From positions 4,672,001 to 4,736,000 of the forward strand of contig OY970067.1 in the NCBI GenBank assembly GCA_963705305.1: a DNA stretch of 64,000 bases, written 5' to 3'. The DNA is from an uncultured Methylomirabilota bacterium (GTDB lineage Bacteria > Methylomirabilota > Methylomirabilia > Methylomirabilales > 2-02-FULL-66-22). Made by a program: the position numbers and the translations under genes. Shown piece after piece: positions 1 to 10,761 of this stretch (position 1 is its first letter; each line of letters begins with the position of its first letter). Under the pieces are notes generated by a model. The model was not told the origin of the DNA. It saw nothing but the letters and a program-made list of their open reading frames with translations, and made no database searches.

Positions 1-6
1 CCGCCC

Positions 7-657
7 ATGTTCACCGGGATCATCGAGGCCATCGGCACCGTGAAGACCGTCACCCGCTTGACCGGTGGCGGACGGGTCCAGATCGCGGCGGCCGCCATCG
101 TCCCAGGCGCGCACGCCGGGGACAGCATCGCCGTGGACGGCGCCTGCCTCACCGTCACCGCACTCGCCGACACGACGTTCGCCTGCGACCTGTCTGCCGA
201 GACGCTCCAGCGAACGACGCTGGGCGATCTGCATGCGGGGTCGCGGGTGAACCTGGAGCGTCCGCTGCAGCTGGGAGACCGGCTGGGAGGCCACCTCGTC
301 ACCGGCCATGTGGACGCCGTTGGCCGCATTGCGGGCCGGACGCCCCAGGGAGAAGGCGAGTTCATCCGCATCCGCTTTCCCCGCGAGCTCGCCCCCCTGC
401 TGGTCCTGAAGGGGTCCGTCGCCATCGACGGGATCAGTCTGACGGTGGCGGAACTGGCGACGGAGACGCTCGGCGTGGCCTGCATTCCGTTTACGGCCAC
501 CCACACCACCCTAGGGGAGAAGCGCGTCGGCGATCCGGTCAATCTGGAGGCCGATCTCATTGGAAAGTATATCGTCAGGATCCTGGCCGAGCGCGGGAGC
601 ATTCCGCCAGAGGGAGGACTGACCGTGGCGATGCTGAAGGAAAACGGATTCGCATGA
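7..657 (+). CDS. ribE: Riboflavin synthase (alpha chain)
   Basis: MFTGIIE N-terminus; [28 protein letters not shown] and [13 protein letters not shown] motifs; first gene of the rib cluster. Confidence 0.97.
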   Translation: MFTGIIEAIGTVKTVTRLTGGGRVQIAAAAIVPGAHAGDSIAVDGACLTVTALADTTFACDLSAETLQRTTLGDLHAGSRVNLERPLQLGDRLGGHLVTGHVDAVGRIAGRTPQGEGEFIRIRFPRELAPLLVLKGSVAIDGISLTVAELATETLGVACIPFTATHTTLGEKRVGDPVNLEADLIGKYIVRILAERGSIPPEGGLTVAMLKENGFA

Positions 658-2072
658 GCGCCCGAGGACGCCGCACCCGCCCGCTGAACGTGCCGACAGC
701 CCATGACCCCGCTCGGGCCGTCACCCGGCGTGGGCCCGCTGGTGCCGGCCGCGGCGCCCGTGACAAGGCGGCTCCCCGGACGGCAGGGCCGGTGCGCTTC
801 GCCCGGATCGAGGAGGCCATCAGGGACATCCGCCTCGGGAGGATGATCATCGTCGTCGACGATGAGGACCGGGAGAACGAGGGGGATCTCACCCTGGCGG
901 CGGAGAAGGTCACGCCGGCGGCGATCAATTTCATGGCGGCCCACGGCCGCGGGCTCGTCTGCATGCCGATCATCGGGGAGCGGCTCGACCAACTCCAGAT
1001 CCCCGCCATGGTGCTGGAGAACACGTCCCCCTTCGAGACGGCCTTCGCCGTCTCGGTCGAGGCCAAGCACAAGATCAGCACGGGCATCTCCGCCCACGAC
1101 CGGGCCGCCACCGTCAAGACGATCTTGGATCCGAATACCCGGCCGGAAGATCTCTGCCGACCGGGCCACATGTTCCCCCTGCGCGCCAGGGAGGGGGGGG
1201 TCCTCACGCGTGCCGGCCAGACCGAGGCCGCTGTGGATCTGGCCCGCCTGGCCGGCCTCTACCCGGCCGGCGTCATCTGCGAGATCATGAATCCCGACGG
1301 CAGCATGGCCCGCGTCCCCGAGCTGTCTCGCTTCGCCCGCCACTACCGGCTGAAGATGATCACCATCAAGGACCTTATCGACTACCGGATGCGGCGCGAA
1401 AAGTTTGTCAGCCGGGTGGCCAGCACCACGCTTCCGACACGCCACGGCCGGTTCCAGGCAGTCCTCTACCACAGCCAGGTGGACCAGAAACATCACCTGG
1501 CCCTGGTGCAGGGAGACATCCGCACTCCGGAGCCTGTTCTGGTCCGGGTCCACTCCGAATGCCTGACCGGAGACGCGCTCGGCTCGCTCCGCTGCGATTG
1601 TGGAGCCCAGCTGGACCGGGCGCTGGAGCTGATCGCCCGCGAGGGGCGGGGCGTGCTGCTCTACATCCGCCAGGAGGGGCGCGGGATCGGCCTGGCCAAC
1701 AAGCTCCGGGCCTACGAGCTGCAGGATCAAGGCTTCGACACGGTCGAAGCCAACGAGCGGCTCGGCTTCAAACCGGATCTCCGGGATTACGGGGTCGGCG
1801 CCCAGATTCTGGTCGATCTCGGTGTCTCGAAGCTGCGCCTCATGACGAACAACCCGCGGAAGATCGTCGGTTTGGAGGGCTACGGCCTGCAGGTGGCAGA
1901 GCGTGTCCCACTGCTCACCCGTCCGACCGCAGCCAATCTCAGCTATTTGCAGACCAAACGCGAAAAGCTGGGACACCTCATCCTGCCGCTGGCGGCCCCC
2001 CGCCGCCGGGCCCGGCAGGGCGGTGACGGGACCTCAGGGGCGGCCCCGGTCTCCGGCAGGCCCAAGCGCTGA
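654..2072 (+). CDS. ribBA: Bifunctional DHBP synthase / GTP cyclohydrolase II
   Basis: [42 protein letters not shown] and TNNPRK motifs; ATGA overlap with ribE stop. The first ~45 aa are low-complexity, so the start is uncertain. Confidence 0.96.
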   Translation: MSARGRRTRPLNVPTAHDPARAVTRRGPAGAGRGARDKAAPRTAGPVRFARIEEAIRDIRLGRMIIVVDDEDRENEGDLTLAAEKVTPAAINFMAAHGRGLVCMPIIGERLDQLQIPAMVLENTSPFETAFAVSVEAKHKISTGISAHDRAATVKTILDPNTRPEDLCRPGHMFPLRAREGGVLTRAGQTEAAVDLARLAGLYPAGVICEIMNPDGSMARVPELSRFARHYRLKMITIKDLIDYRMRREKFVSRVASTTLPTRHGRFQAVLYHSQVDQKHHLALVQGDIRTPEPVLVRVHSECLTGDALGSLRCDCGAQLDRALELIAREGRGVLLYIRQEGRGIGLANKLRAYELQDQGFDTVEANERLGFKPDLRDYGVGAQILVDLGVSKLRLMTNNPRKIVGLEGYGLQVAERVPLLTRPTAANLSYLQTKREKLGHLILPLAAPRRRARQGGDGTSGAAPVSGRPKR

Positions 2073-2108
2073 AGGCCTTCGGCCCCGTCTGGCGGAAGGA
2101 GAGGTGAC

Positions 2109-2588
2109 ATGGTGCGCATCTGGGAAGGACGGCTGGAAGCCCAGGGATTCCGCTTCGGCATCGTGGTCAGCCGGTTCAACGATTTCATTACCGCCCGCCT
2201 GCTGGATGGGGCCCTCGACGCGCTGCGCCGACACGGCGCGGACGAGGACCGGATCCTCGTGGTCAAGGTGCCGGGATCGTTCGAGATCCCGCAAATGGCC
2301 AAGCGCCTGGCCGACTCGGGGCAGCATGATGCCATCATCTGCCTGGGCGCGGTGATCCGGGGGGCCACCCCGCATTTCGAGTACATCGCCAGCGAGGTGG
2401 CCAAAGGCGTGGCGGCCGCCGCCATGGGGACCGGCGTCCCCATGGCGTTCGGCGTGTTGACCACGGACTCCATCGAGCAGGCCGTGGAGCGGGCGGGGAC
2501 CAAGTCGGGCAACAAGGGATTCGACGCCGCCTGTTCTGCCATCGAGATGGCCAATCTGGCACGGCACCTCGCAGGGGAGCGGCCGTAA
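2109..2588 (+). CDS. ribH: 6,7-dimethyl-8-ribityllumazine synthase
   Basis: [30 protein letters not shown] and GNKG motifs; GGAGAGG RBS. Confidence 0.97.
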   Translation: MVRIWEGRLEAQGFRFGIVVSRFNDFITARLLDGALDALRRHGADEDRILVVKVPGSFEIPQMAKRLADSGQHDAIICLGAVIRGATPHFEYIASEVAKGVAAAAMGTGVPMAFGVLTTDSIEQAVERAGTKSGNKGFDAACSAIEMANLARHLAGERP

Positions 2589-2620
2589 GACGACCGCGCC
2601 CGGCGACCTGCGGGTGAGGC

Positions 2621-3058
2621 ATGGGAGTCCACATGGGAAAGCGGCGCAAGGCGCGCGAGCTGGCCTTGATGGTCCTGTACGAGATGGAGTTTCGGCGCGG
2701 TGACGTCGAAATGGTCCTGCGGGACTTTTGGCGCGACCATCCCGTTTCTGATGACGTCCAGGCCTTCAGCGAGAGCCTGGTACGCGGCGCCTCGCAGTCT
2801 GCCGCCGAGATCGACGAGCTCATCCAGCGCAACGCCGCCCACTGGAGCGTGTCCCGCATCGCCCCGGTGGAACGGAACATTTTGCGCATGGCCGCCTACG
2901 AACTCCTCTACCGCGACGACATTCCCGAGCGGGTGGCCATCAACGAGGCGATTGAGCTGGCCAAGCTGTACGGCAGCGAAGAGTCGGGCGCCTTCGTCAA
3001 CGGGATCCTGGACCAGATCCGACTCCGGCTGCATCCCTCCCAACAGACGTCCGTCTGA
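2621..3058 (+). CDS. nusB: Transcription antitermination factor NusB
   Basis: [28 protein letters not shown] and FVNGILD motifs; follows ribH; alternative start at 2633. Confidence 0.95.
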   Translation: MGVHMGKRRKARELALMVLYEMEFRRGDVEMVLRDFWRDHPVSDDVQAFSESLVRGASQSAAEIDELIQRNAAHWSVSRIAPVERNILRMAAYELLYRDDIPERVAINEAIELAKLYGSEESGAFVNGILDQIRLRLHPSQQTSV

Positions 3059-3059
3059 G

Positions 3060-3536
3060 ATGGAAACTCGCGAGGTCAGCGAACCGCTCGAAGACATTCC
3101 CGCCGACGCCCTGGTCTTCTTCTCCCTCCAAGACGAGCCGGCCCCGCGCGGACGCCTGGGCTACGCGGACTGGATCCTGTGCGGCGCCCTGTCCCGGCTC
3201 CGGGCCCGGGGGAAATACCTGGGAGAGCGCGACTCCTGCGCGCTCTTGTATCCGGACAAGAAGATGCGGGCGGAGCGCGTCCTGGTCATCGGACTGGGAT
3301 CCCGAGCAGAGCTGAACCTGACCGCGTTCTACCGGCTGTCGTATCAGACTGCGCAGACGATTCTCAATCTCCACTGCACTGCCGTGGGACTCGAGCTGCC
3401 CTTCCGCGCGTTTCCCCAGCTTCCCCCGGATCGCCTCCAGCGGAGCTTCCTGGAGGGCTTTCTGGCGGAGTTGGCGCGCGGTCGGCCCCACGCCTCCTTC
3501 ACGATCTCCCTCCTTCCACCGGATCGCACCGGCTGA
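3060..3536 (+). CDS. Stand-alone protein resembling the leucyl aminopeptidase (M17) N-terminal domain
   Basis: ATG 1 nt after the nusB stop; ADALV..RG..G.ADW...G.LSRL and RVLVIGLG patterns; no catalytic domain. Confidence 0.6.
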   Translation: METREVSEPLEDIPADALVFFSLQDEPAPRGRLGYADWILCGALSRLRARGKYLGERDSCALLYPDKKMRAERVLVIGLGSRAELNLTAFYRLSYQTAQTILNLHCTAVGLELPFRAFPQLPPDRLQRSFLEGFLAELARGRPHASFTISLLPPDRTG

Positions 3537-3802
3537 TCGCCGGGTTGCCCCCCGGCCGTCGCGACGCCACGGGGGTCCTGCGTCCGGTGAGCAGTGGCCC
3601 GCTCCCGCTACCCTCGCCGCGCCACTCCGCAGGGCGCGCGGCTCGCCGCGGCTGGGGTTGGAGTGTTACCCATGCTTCAGGTTGCACGGCGGGCAGCCGA
3701 GAGTCCTGGGGGGAGGCAGAAGAGGGAAAGGGAGGGTAGAGGCGTCAGCGGGCCGCACGGGACAGGACGCCGTTGCACCCTGTTCCCTGCAGCCCGCTGA
3801 AT

Positions 3803-5041
3803 TCACCCTTCCAGGCGTCTGAAAACGAGGCTGGCGTTGGTCCCCCCGAACCCGAAGGAATTGGTCAGCGCCGTCCGCAGGGCAGCCGGCCGCGCCGTGT
3901 TCGGAACATAATCCAGGTCGCATTCGGGGTCGGGCGTTTCGTAGTTGATGGTGGGGGGAAGGATCCCGTGCTGGATCGCCAGCACGGTGATGATCGACTC
4001 GACTCCCCCGGCCGCACCCAGCAGGTGGCCGGTCATGGATTTGGTGGAGCTGATCGCCAGCGAGCGGGCGTGATCGCCGAACAGGGTCTTGATCGCCTGG
4101 CTTTCGCTGGCATCCCCGGCCGGGGTGGACGTCCCATGGGCATTGATGTACTCCACGTCCGTGGGAGACACCCGGGCGTCCTGGAGGGCCAGCCGCATCG
4201 CGCGCACCGCCCCCTCGCCGGCGGGGGCAGGCAGGGCCACGTGATACGCGTCGGCGGACATGCCGTAGCCGATGAGCTCCGCGTAAATCTTCGCCCCTCG
4301 CCGGCGGGCATGCTCCAGCGACTCCAGGACCATGATGCCCGCCCCTTCACTCATCACGAAGCCGTCGCGATCCTTGTCGAACGGGCGGCTGGCCCGGGTC
4401 GGCTCCGCATTGCGCGTGGACAGGGCCCGCATGGCCGAGAATCCCCCGATGGTGAGGGGGGTGATGACCGCTTCGGTGCCGCCGGTGAGCATGACCTCGA
4501 CATCGCCGCGCTGGATAGCGCGGAGAGAATCCCCGATGGCGTGGTTCCCCGTTGCGCACGCGGTGGACACGCAGGAATTTGGCCCCTTGATGCCGAACCG
4601 CATGGAGATCTGCCCTGCGGCTAGGTTGGTAATAATGGAGGGAATGAAAAACGCGCTGATCCGCCCCGGTCCACGCTCCAGCAGGGTTCGGTGAGAATCC
4701 TCCAGGGCCGGAATACCCCCCATCCCGGTCCCCACCAGGACACCGATTCGCTCGCGGTTCTCGTCCGTCACCGCCAGCTTGGCGTCATCGTAGGCCATCT
4801 GCGCCGCGGCGATGGCAAACCAGATGAACATATCCATCTTGCGGACGTCCTTCTTTTCGATCCACTGCAGCGGATCGAATCCTCGGACCTCCCCCGCAAT
4901 CTGGGTATCGTGCCTACTCGCATCAAACCGGGTGATGGGCCCTATTCCGGAAACCCCGTGGGTGATGTTCTCCCAGAACTGAGGGATCCCGATCCCATTG
5001 GGGGCAACCACGCCCACTCCGGTGACGACGACCCGTTGCAT
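3803..5041 (-). CDS. fabF: 3-oxoacyl-ACP synthase II
   Basis: RVVVTGVG, TACATG, SRPFDKDRDGFV, INAHGTST, STKSMTGHLLGAAG and NSFGFGGTN motifs; start re-placed at MQRVV. Confidence 0.97.
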   Translation of the reverse strand: MQRVVVTGVGVVAPNGIGIPQFWENITHGVSGIGPITRFDASRHDTQIAGEVRGFDPLQWIEKKDVRKMDMFIWFAIAAAQMAYDDAKLAVTDENRERIGVLVGTGMGGIPALEDSHRTLLERGPGRISAFFIPSIITNLAAGQISMRFGIKGPNSCVSTACATGNHAIGDSLRAIQRGDVEVMLTGGTEAVITPLTIGGFSAMRALSTRNAEPTRASRPFDKDRDGFVMSEGAGIMVLESLEHARRRGAKIYAELIGYGMSADAYHVALPAPAGEGAVRAMRLALQDARVSPTDVEYINAHGTSTPAGDASESQAIKTLFGDHARSLAISSTKSMTGHLLGAAGGVESIITVLAIQHGILPPTINYETPDPECDLDYVPNTARPAALRTALTNSFGFGGTNASLVFRRLEG

Positions 5042-5130
5042 GATACCGCTCCCGTCTTCACGCGGTCCGGGCGGTCCCGGGCCGCCCCCTTCGGACAACG
5101 TCCGCACCGACCGCCGGTGCCTGCTTGTCG

Positions 5131-5373
5131 TTAACTCTTCTTGTGCTCTTGAATGTACGTGGAGGCGTCCTTGACGGTCACAATCTTCTCGGCGTCCTCA
5201 TCCGGGATCTCGATCCCGAACTCCTCCTCCAGCGCCATCACCAGCTCCACCGTATCCAGGGAGTCGGCCCCCAGATCGTCGATGAACTTGGCGTCCGGAG
5301 TCACCTCGGCCTCGTCGACACCCAGCTGGTCCACGATGATCTTCTTGACCTTCTCTTCGACATCCGCGCTCAC
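5131..5373 (-). CDS. acpP: Acyl carrier protein
   Basis: [21 protein letters not shown] motif; GTG start with GGAAGGAGG RBS. Confidence 0.97.
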   Translation of the reverse strand: MSADVEEKVKKIIVDQLGVDEAEVTPDAKFIDDLGADSLDTVELVMALEEEFGIEIPDEDAEKIVTVKDASTYIQEHKKS

Positions 5374-5405
5374 GACTGCCTCCTTCCCTCTATTGGGATG
5401 ACCCG

Positions 5406-6152
5406 TTACGAGGACCACATGCCTCCATTCACGTGAATCACCTGCCCCGTGATATACCCCGCCCCATCCGACGCCAGGAAGCCCACCGCGCTCGCCACGT
5501 CCTCGGGGGTCCCGAACCGATCCAGCGGAATCTGCGCCCGCATTGATTGCCGGACGGTGTCCGGAAGGGCGGCCGTCATCTCGGTTTCGATGAACCCGGG
5601 GGCCACGGCGTTCACGGTAATGCCCCGGGCGGCCACCTCACGGGCCAACGCCTTGGTCAGCCCGATGATCCCCGCCTTGGAGGCCACGTAGTTTGCCTGG
5701 CCGACGTTTCCCATGCACCCCACGACCGAGCTGATGTTGATGATCCGTCCGCCCTGCTTGTGCTTCAGCATGGGACGCAGCGCGGCCCGCGAGCAGTAGA
5801 AGGCCCCGTCCAGGTTGACGGCCAGCACCTGATCCCACTCCTCGTCCTTCATGCGGAGAATCAGCCCGTCGCGGGTGATGCCCGCGTTGTTGACCAGAAT
5901 ATCAATCCGGCCGAACCGCCCCACCGCCGCCTCGACCATGGCGGCAACCTGGGCGGCATCGGTGACGTTCACCCCATGTGCCATGGCGGCTCGCCCCGCC
6001 GCTTCCAGCTCCTTCGTCGTCGCCTCCGCCGTCTCCCGGCTGACATCGGCGATGACCACGCTGGCGCCGTCGGCGGCTAACCGGCGGGCAATGGACCTCC
6101 CGATGCCGCGAGCGCCGCCCGTGATGATGGCCACCTTTCCCGCAAGACTCAT
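5406..6152 (-). CDS. fabG: 3-oxoacyl-ACP reductase
   Basis: [21 protein letters not shown] and VAPGFIET motifs; fab operon context. Confidence 0.96.
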   Translation of the reverse strand: MSLAGKVAIITGGARGIGRSIARRLAADGASVVIADVSRETAEATTKELEAAGRAAMAHGVNVTDAAQVAAMVEAAVGRFGRIDILVNNAGITRDGLILRMKDEEWDQVLAVNLDGAFYCSRAALRPMLKHKQGGRIINISSVVGCMGNVGQANYVASKAGIIGLTKALAREVAARGITVNAVAPGFIETEMTAALPDTVRQSMRAQIPLDRFGTPEDVASAVGFLASDGAGYITGQVIHVNGGMWSS

Positions 6153-6183
6153 CCCTGGTCTCCCCCCGGCTGTGTCTGGCGCA

Positions 6184-7104
6184 CTACTGGAGGGCCGCCA
6201 GCGTCGCCTCGAGGGACGCCCGGCCCTCGACGTTGAGGAGTTGCACGTCCGGTGCAATTCGTCGGATCAGACCGGAGAGCACCCGGCCCGGCCCCACCTC
6301 GATGCAGGTCGTCACTTCCTCCTTGACCAGGCGCAGGACCACGTCCTCCCAGCGCACGGGAGCCGTGACCTGCCGGACAAGGATCTCCACCACCCGGCCG
6401 GCCTCCATGAGCGGCTCGGCGTCCACGTTGGTCACCCACGGGACGCGCAAATCCGAGATCCGCACGGACTGCAGCACGGCTTCCAAGCGCCGCGCCGCCG
6501 GTTCCAGCAGCGCCGAGTGGAATGGCGCACTGACGGGCAAGAGCACCGCCCGCCTCGCCCCCCTGCCCTTGGCGATCTCCACCGCGCGTGAGACGGCTGC
6601 CGCGGCGCCGGCGATGACCGTCTGCCCGGGCCCGTTCAGGTTGGCCACCTGCACCGGGCCGACCGCCCGGGCCGCCGCGCACGCCTCTCCGACCGCCTCC
6701 CGATCCAGCCCCAGGATGGCCGCCATGGCGCCGGCACCGGCCGGCACCGCCTCCTGCATAAACTGCCCGCGCAGGCGGACCACCCGCACGGCATCCACGA
6801 ACGAAACGGCCCCCGCGGCCACCAGGGCCGAGTATTCCCCCAGGGAATGGCCGGCCACATAGGCGCAGGCAACCCCCGCCGCCGTCAGGGCGTCCAGCGC
6901 CACGACGCTCGCCGCCAGGATGGCCGGCTGTGTATTGGCGGTGAGGGTGAGATCCGCCTCGGGCCCTTCAAAACAGAGGCGGCGCAGATCGAAGCCGAGC
7001 GCGCTGCTGGCCTCCTCCCACCGCGGGGAGGACTCCCCCAACTCGCGCCCCATGCCCACCGACTGGGATCCCTGACCCGGGAAGACGAACGCGATCTTGG
7101 CCAT
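6184..7104 (-). CDS. fabD: Malonyl CoA-ACP transacylase
   Basis: FPGQGSQ, TQPA, GHSLGEY, RGQFMQ, SAPFHS and EVGPG motifs. Confidence 0.97.
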   Translation of the reverse strand: MAKIAFVFPGQGSQSVGMGRELGESSPRWEEASSALGFDLRRLCFEGPEADLTLTANTQPAILAASVVALDALTAAGVACAYVAGHSLGEYSALVAAGAVSFVDAVRVVRLRGQFMQEAVPAGAGAMAAILGLDREAVGEACAAARAVGPVQVANLNGPGQTVIAGAAAAVSRAVEIAKGRGARRAVLLPVSAPFHSALLEPAARRLEAVLQSVRISDLRVPWVTNVDAEPLMEAGRVVEILVRQVTAPVRWEDVVLRLVKEEVTTCIEVGPGRVLSGLIRRIAPDVQLLNVEGRASLEATLAALQ

Positions 7105-7165
7105 GGCGTAACCTAGAACCGCGAATCGACGGCCCACCGCCGGCCAGCGGAAGCCACGGTTGGGC

Positions 7166-7207
7166 GGTTGTTCATTGTCGGTTATCCGTTTTCCATTTCC
7201 CGTTGCC
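7166..7207. repeat. Six tandem degenerate 7-mers in the fabH-fabD intergenic region
   Basis: GGTTGTT CATTGTC GGTTATC CGTTTTC CATTTCC CGTTGCC; TT invariant at positions 3-4. Confidence 0.55.
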
Positions 7208-7215
7208 GACGGGAC

Positions 7216-8199
7216 TCACCAGCGGATCAAAGCGGAGGCCCAGGTCAGGCCGCCCCCGAACGCACACAGGAGCAGCAGATCTCCATCCCGCACCCGCCCG
7301 GCCTGCACGGCTTCGTCCAGCGCCAGTGGAATGGACGCGGCCGAGGTGTTCCCGTACTTCTGGATATTCACGCAGACCTTCTTTTCGGGCACGCCCAACC
7401 GCTGCCCCAGCGCATTGATGATGCGGAGGTTGGCCTGATGGGTGATGAGGAGATTGACATCGCCGATCTCAAGCCCGTTGTGCTTCAGCGCCACCATGGC
7501 CGCATCCTCCATGGCGCGAACCGCCAGCTTGAAGACCTCGTTGCCGTTGCTCATCCGGATCTTGCCCAGGTCTTGATCCAGGGCTTCCTGGGAGAGCGGG
7601 TGGCGCGATCCTCCGCCCGGCAGGATGAGGGCCGGCCCCTTCGATCCGTCGGAGAACAGGTGCGCGGACAGGAGGCCGCGGTCCCCTTCGTCGGCGCGGA
7701 GCACGACGGCCCCGGCCCCGTCGCCGAACAGCACGCAGGTGTTGCGATCCTGCCAGTTGACGACCTTGCTCAAGCTCTCGGCGCCCACCAGCAGCACCGT
7801 GCGCATGGTTCCAGACCGCAGCAGGCCGTCGGCCACTGCCAGGCCGTAGATGAATCCGGAGCAGGCCGCCGAGAGATCCATGGCCCCGGCCCGGCGCGCC
7901 CCCAGCCGTTCCTGGAGGACGCAGGCCGTGGACGGAAAGAACATATCCGGCGTGATAGTGGCCACCACGATCATGTCCACGTCTACGGGGTCGACCCTGG
8001 CCGCCGCCAGGGCCCGGACGGCCGCTTGGTAGGCCAGGTCGGATGTCGCCTCCTCTTCGGCTGCAATCCGGCGCTCGGAGATCCCCGTGCGCGTGCGGAT
8101 CCACTCGTCACTGGTCTCCACCAGTTTTTCCAGGTCGGCGTTCGTGAGCACCCGCGCCGGGGCGTACGAACCGGTCCCCAGTATCCGTGCAATCGCCAT
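7216..8199 (-). CDS. fabH: 3-oxoacyl-ACP synthase III
   Basis: TSDEWIRTRTGI, AACSGF, FGDGAGA, HQANLRI, GNTSAAS and FGGGLTW motifs. Confidence 0.97.
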   Translation of the reverse strand: MAIARILGTGSYAPARVLTNADLEKLVETSDEWIRTRTGISERRIAAEEEATSDLAYQAAVRALAAARVDPVDVDMIVVATITPDMFFPSTACVLQERLGARRAGAMDLSAACSGFIYGLAVADGLLRSGTMRTVLLVGAESLSKVVNWQDRNTCVLFGDGAGAVVLRADEGDRGLLSAHLFSDGSKGPALILPGGGSRHPLSQEALDQDLGKIRMSNGNEVFKLAVRAMEDAAMVALKHNGLEIGDVNLLITHQANLRIINALGQRLGVPEKKVCVNIQKYGNTSAASIPLALDEAVQAGRVRDGDLLLLCAFGGGLTWASALIRW

Positions 8200-8247
8200 C
8201 AGAGCGTCCCGGCCTCCCGCGGCGACCCCCATCCCGAGCGGAGGGGC

Positions 8248-9258
8248 TTAGCCAACCGCGACTCCCTCGCGAATGTGGGCCATCACCTTGTTGCTCACAC
8301 ACTCACCGGCCACCCGGATGGCATTCTTGATGGCCTTGGCTGTGGAGCCCCCGTGGCTGATGATGCAGACCCCGCTGACACCCAGCAAGGGCGCACCCCC
8401 CGTCTCTGACGAATCGATGCGCCGCTTGAACCGACGGAAGCCGGGACGCAGCAACAACGATCCTGCCCGGCCGCGCAGATCCCGGCGGCACTCCTCGCGG
8501 AGCAGATGGAACATGGTCTCCACCAGCCCTTCCGAGATCTTCAGGGCGACGTTTCCGATGAAGCCGTCGCACACGATCACATCGGAGCTGCCGTTGAAGA
8601 CGTCCCGCCCCTCCACGTTGCCGATGAAATTCAGGGACGCCTCCTCTTCCAGTTCCTTGAAGGCCTCCCGGGTCAGGTCGTTGCCCTTGCTCTCCTCTTC
8701 GCCGATGCTGAGGAGTCCCACCCGCGGGCGAGGGAGCCCCAGAATATCTCGGGCGTACACATTCCCCATGATGGCAAACTGCACCAGGTGCCGGGGCTTG
8801 CAATCGACATTGGCCCCCGCATCCAGGAGGACGGCTTTGCCCGTCAGGGTGGGGACCACAACCGCAATGGCCGGCCGCTCCACTCCCGGCAGCGGGCCCA
8901 AGACCAGGAGCGCGGTCGCCATCACGGCGCCGGTGTTCCCGGCGCTGACGAATGCGTCGGCCTCACCGCGCTTGAGCAGGTCCAACCCGATCCGGATGGA
9001 CGACCGCCGCTTCCGCCGGAGCGCGACGGTGGGATTCTCCCCCATCTCCACGGCTTCGGGGGCGTGCAGAACGGTCAAGGGAAGCCCGCGCACGTCGTGG
9101 CGGGCCATCTCCTGCCGAAGGGCCTGTTCCTCCCCGACCAGAAAGATGGGATCCCCGTACTCCCGGGCGGCCATCACGGCCCCTTCGACGTTGACCTCCG
9201 GCCCGCGATCGCCGCCCATGGCGTCCAGGGTGATTCGCACTCTGTCGCTAAGTAACAT
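8248..9258 (-). CDS. plsX: Phosphate acyltransferase PlsX
   Basis: DAMGGD, SAGNTGA, LDAGAN, GEEESKG, VCDGFIGN and GGAPLLG motifs; start at 9258 (ATG) or 9240 (GTG). Confidence 0.96.
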   Translation of the reverse strand: MLLSDRVRITLDAMGGDRGPEVNVEGAVMAAREYGDPIFLVGEEQALRQEMARHDVRGLPLTVLHAPEAVEMGENPTVALRRKRRSSIRIGLDLLKRGEADAFVSAGNTGAVMATALLVLGPLPGVERPAIAVVVPTLTGKAVLLDAGANVDCKPRHLVQFAIMGNVYARDILGLPRPRVGLLSIGEEESKGNDLTREAFKELEEEASLNFIGNVEGRDVFNGSSDVIVCDGFIGNVALKISEGLVETMFHLLREECRRDLRGRAGSLLLRPGFRRFKRRIDSSETGGAPLLGVSGVCIISHGGSTAKAIKNAIRVAGECVSNKVMAHIREGVAVG

Positions 9259-9283
9259 ACGACTGGAATCCCCCGGGGAGTTC

Positions 9284-9466
9284 CTATTCTTCCGTTCGCT
9301 GAACCACCTGTCGGCCTCGGTAGTAGCCACAACTCCGACAGGCGCGATGGGGGAGGGTCAGGGCCTGGCAGCGAGGGCAGCGGGAGAGACCCTTGGCCTG
9401 CAAGCCGTCATGGGCCCGCCGCTTGCTGGTTCGAGCATTACTGTGCCGTCGCTTTGGGAGCGGCAT
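9284..9466 (-). CDS. rpmF: 50S ribosomal protein L32 (Zn-ribbon type)
   Basis: PKRRHS..R..KRR; CPRC..PHRACRSCGYY. Confidence 0.96.
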   Translation of the reverse strand: MPLPKRRHSNARTSKRRAHDGLQAKGLSRCPRCQALTLPHRACRSCGYYRGRQVVQRTEE

Positions 9467-9542
9467 CGCTTTTCCTTTCTCACCTTCGTGCGTCGTTCAG
9501 GGAACGGATAGTTTCGGCGGAAGCCGGCCGGTGACCGGGAGC

Positions 9543-10055
9543 TTATAACAGCTTTTTCAAGATCTGCAGCCGCGGATCCGTAGCCGTCTCCCGGCAGCCG
9601 CACACCCCGTGGTTCAGGTTCGCGCCGCACTGCGGGCACAGCCCACGACACTCCTCCCGGCAGAGGGGTTGCAGAGGCAGGCTGAGCAAGAGATTCTCAC
9701 GCAGGAGGCGGTCGGTGTTGATCCTCCCCTCCTCCAGGTAGGTCACATCCAACTCATCCCCGGGAACCTCGTGCTCCTCCTCTGGCTGCCCTTGGGGGGC
9801 CAACTCGCAAAAAAGATCGAAGCGGTCCTGGGCCTGATAGTGAAACAGCTCGAGGCATCGGCTGCACACGAGGTCCAGTCCACCGGAAAACGAGCCCCTG
9901 AGCAATACCCCGCGCCCGGAGCGTCCGATATGAAGATCGGCCCTGACGACCGCGGGACCTTCCCACACCCCCGTCGATTCGCCCAGGTCCAGCGTCTCGT
10001 CCGGCAAGGCAACGTCCAGGCCTTCCGGAGGAATCTGCGATACTTCAATCAACAT
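9543..10055 (-). CDS. yceD: YceD/DUF177 family protein
   Basis: CSRCL, LCREECRGLCPQCGANLN..C.C and DPRL motifs; upstream of rpmF. Confidence 0.93.
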   Translation of the reverse strand: MLIEVSQIPPEGLDVALPDETLDLGESTGVWEGPAVVRADLHIGRSGRGVLLRGSFSGGLDLVCSRCLELFHYQAQDRFDLFCELAPQGQPEEEHEVPGDELDVTYLEEGRINTDRLLRENLLLSLPLQPLCREECRGLCPQCGANLNHGVCGCRETATDPRLQILKKLL

Positions 10056-10084
10056 GTCGCCAAAGTCCGCTAAAAAGCGGGCGT

Positions 10085-10113
10085 AGTATACTGGTGCCCC
10101 CCAAGAGTGTCAA
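10085..10113 (-). promoter_or_regulatory. Sigma70-type promoter of the yceD-rpmF-plsX-fab operon
   Basis: Minus strand TTGACA-17 nt-TATACT, ending 30 nt before the yceD ATG. Confidence 0.8.
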
Positions 10114-10218
10114 GGGAAAAGCCCCGCGCCCAGGCTGGGGAACCGCCCGAAAAAATCAAACGATACAAGGACTTGCGCCGGATGCGGCCGGGGCGGAGCC
10201 GCTGGTAGGTACCGCCGC

Positions 10219-10656
10219 TTATCCCCGGCTCACCCGGTCATAACTGCAATGGTCCAGGGCCGAAAAGAAATACGGAATCTCGTACGCCGCCGATTCCGGA
10301 GAATCGGATCCATGAACCGCGTTCTGTTCCATATTCGTCGCCAGGTCTCTCCGGATCGTCTCCTCCTCAGCCTTGGCCGGGTCGGTTGCCCCCATGAGCT
10401 GACGGGCCCTGGCGATGGCGCCCGATCCCTCCAGGATCATTGCCACCACCGGCCCCGACGACATGAATTGGGTCAGGCTGGGGAAGAAAGGGCGCTCCCG
10501 GTGGACCTGATAGAAGCCCTCCGCCTCTCGCCGGCTCAGCTGGGTCATCCGGAGTGCGCGAAGCGTGAGTCCGGCGGCCTCAAACCGGCGGATGATCTCG
10601 CCGGTGTATCCTCGGCGCACGGCATCCGGCTTCACCATCACCAACGTCCGCTCCAT
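10219..10656 (-). CDS. ndk: Nucleoside diphosphate kinase
   Basis: ERTLVMVKPDA, FYQVHRERPFF, SGPVVAM, MGATDP and NAVHGSDS motifs. Confidence 0.97.
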   Translation of the reverse strand: MERTLVMVKPDAVRRGYTGEIIRRFEAAGLTLRALRMTQLSRREAEGFYQVHRERPFFPSLTQFMSSGPVVAMILEGSGAIARARQLMGATDPAKAEEETIRRDLATNMEQNAVHGSDSPESAAYEIPYFFSALDHCSYDRVSRG

Positions 10657-10761
10657 GGCTCTCTTCTCACCCTCCCCGATCGCACGCTCTGCGCTGGCTG
10701 GCCGCACCTGCCCCGCCCAGATCCCAGCCTGCGGGAGAACCGAGCCTCCCGGGCGAAGACG

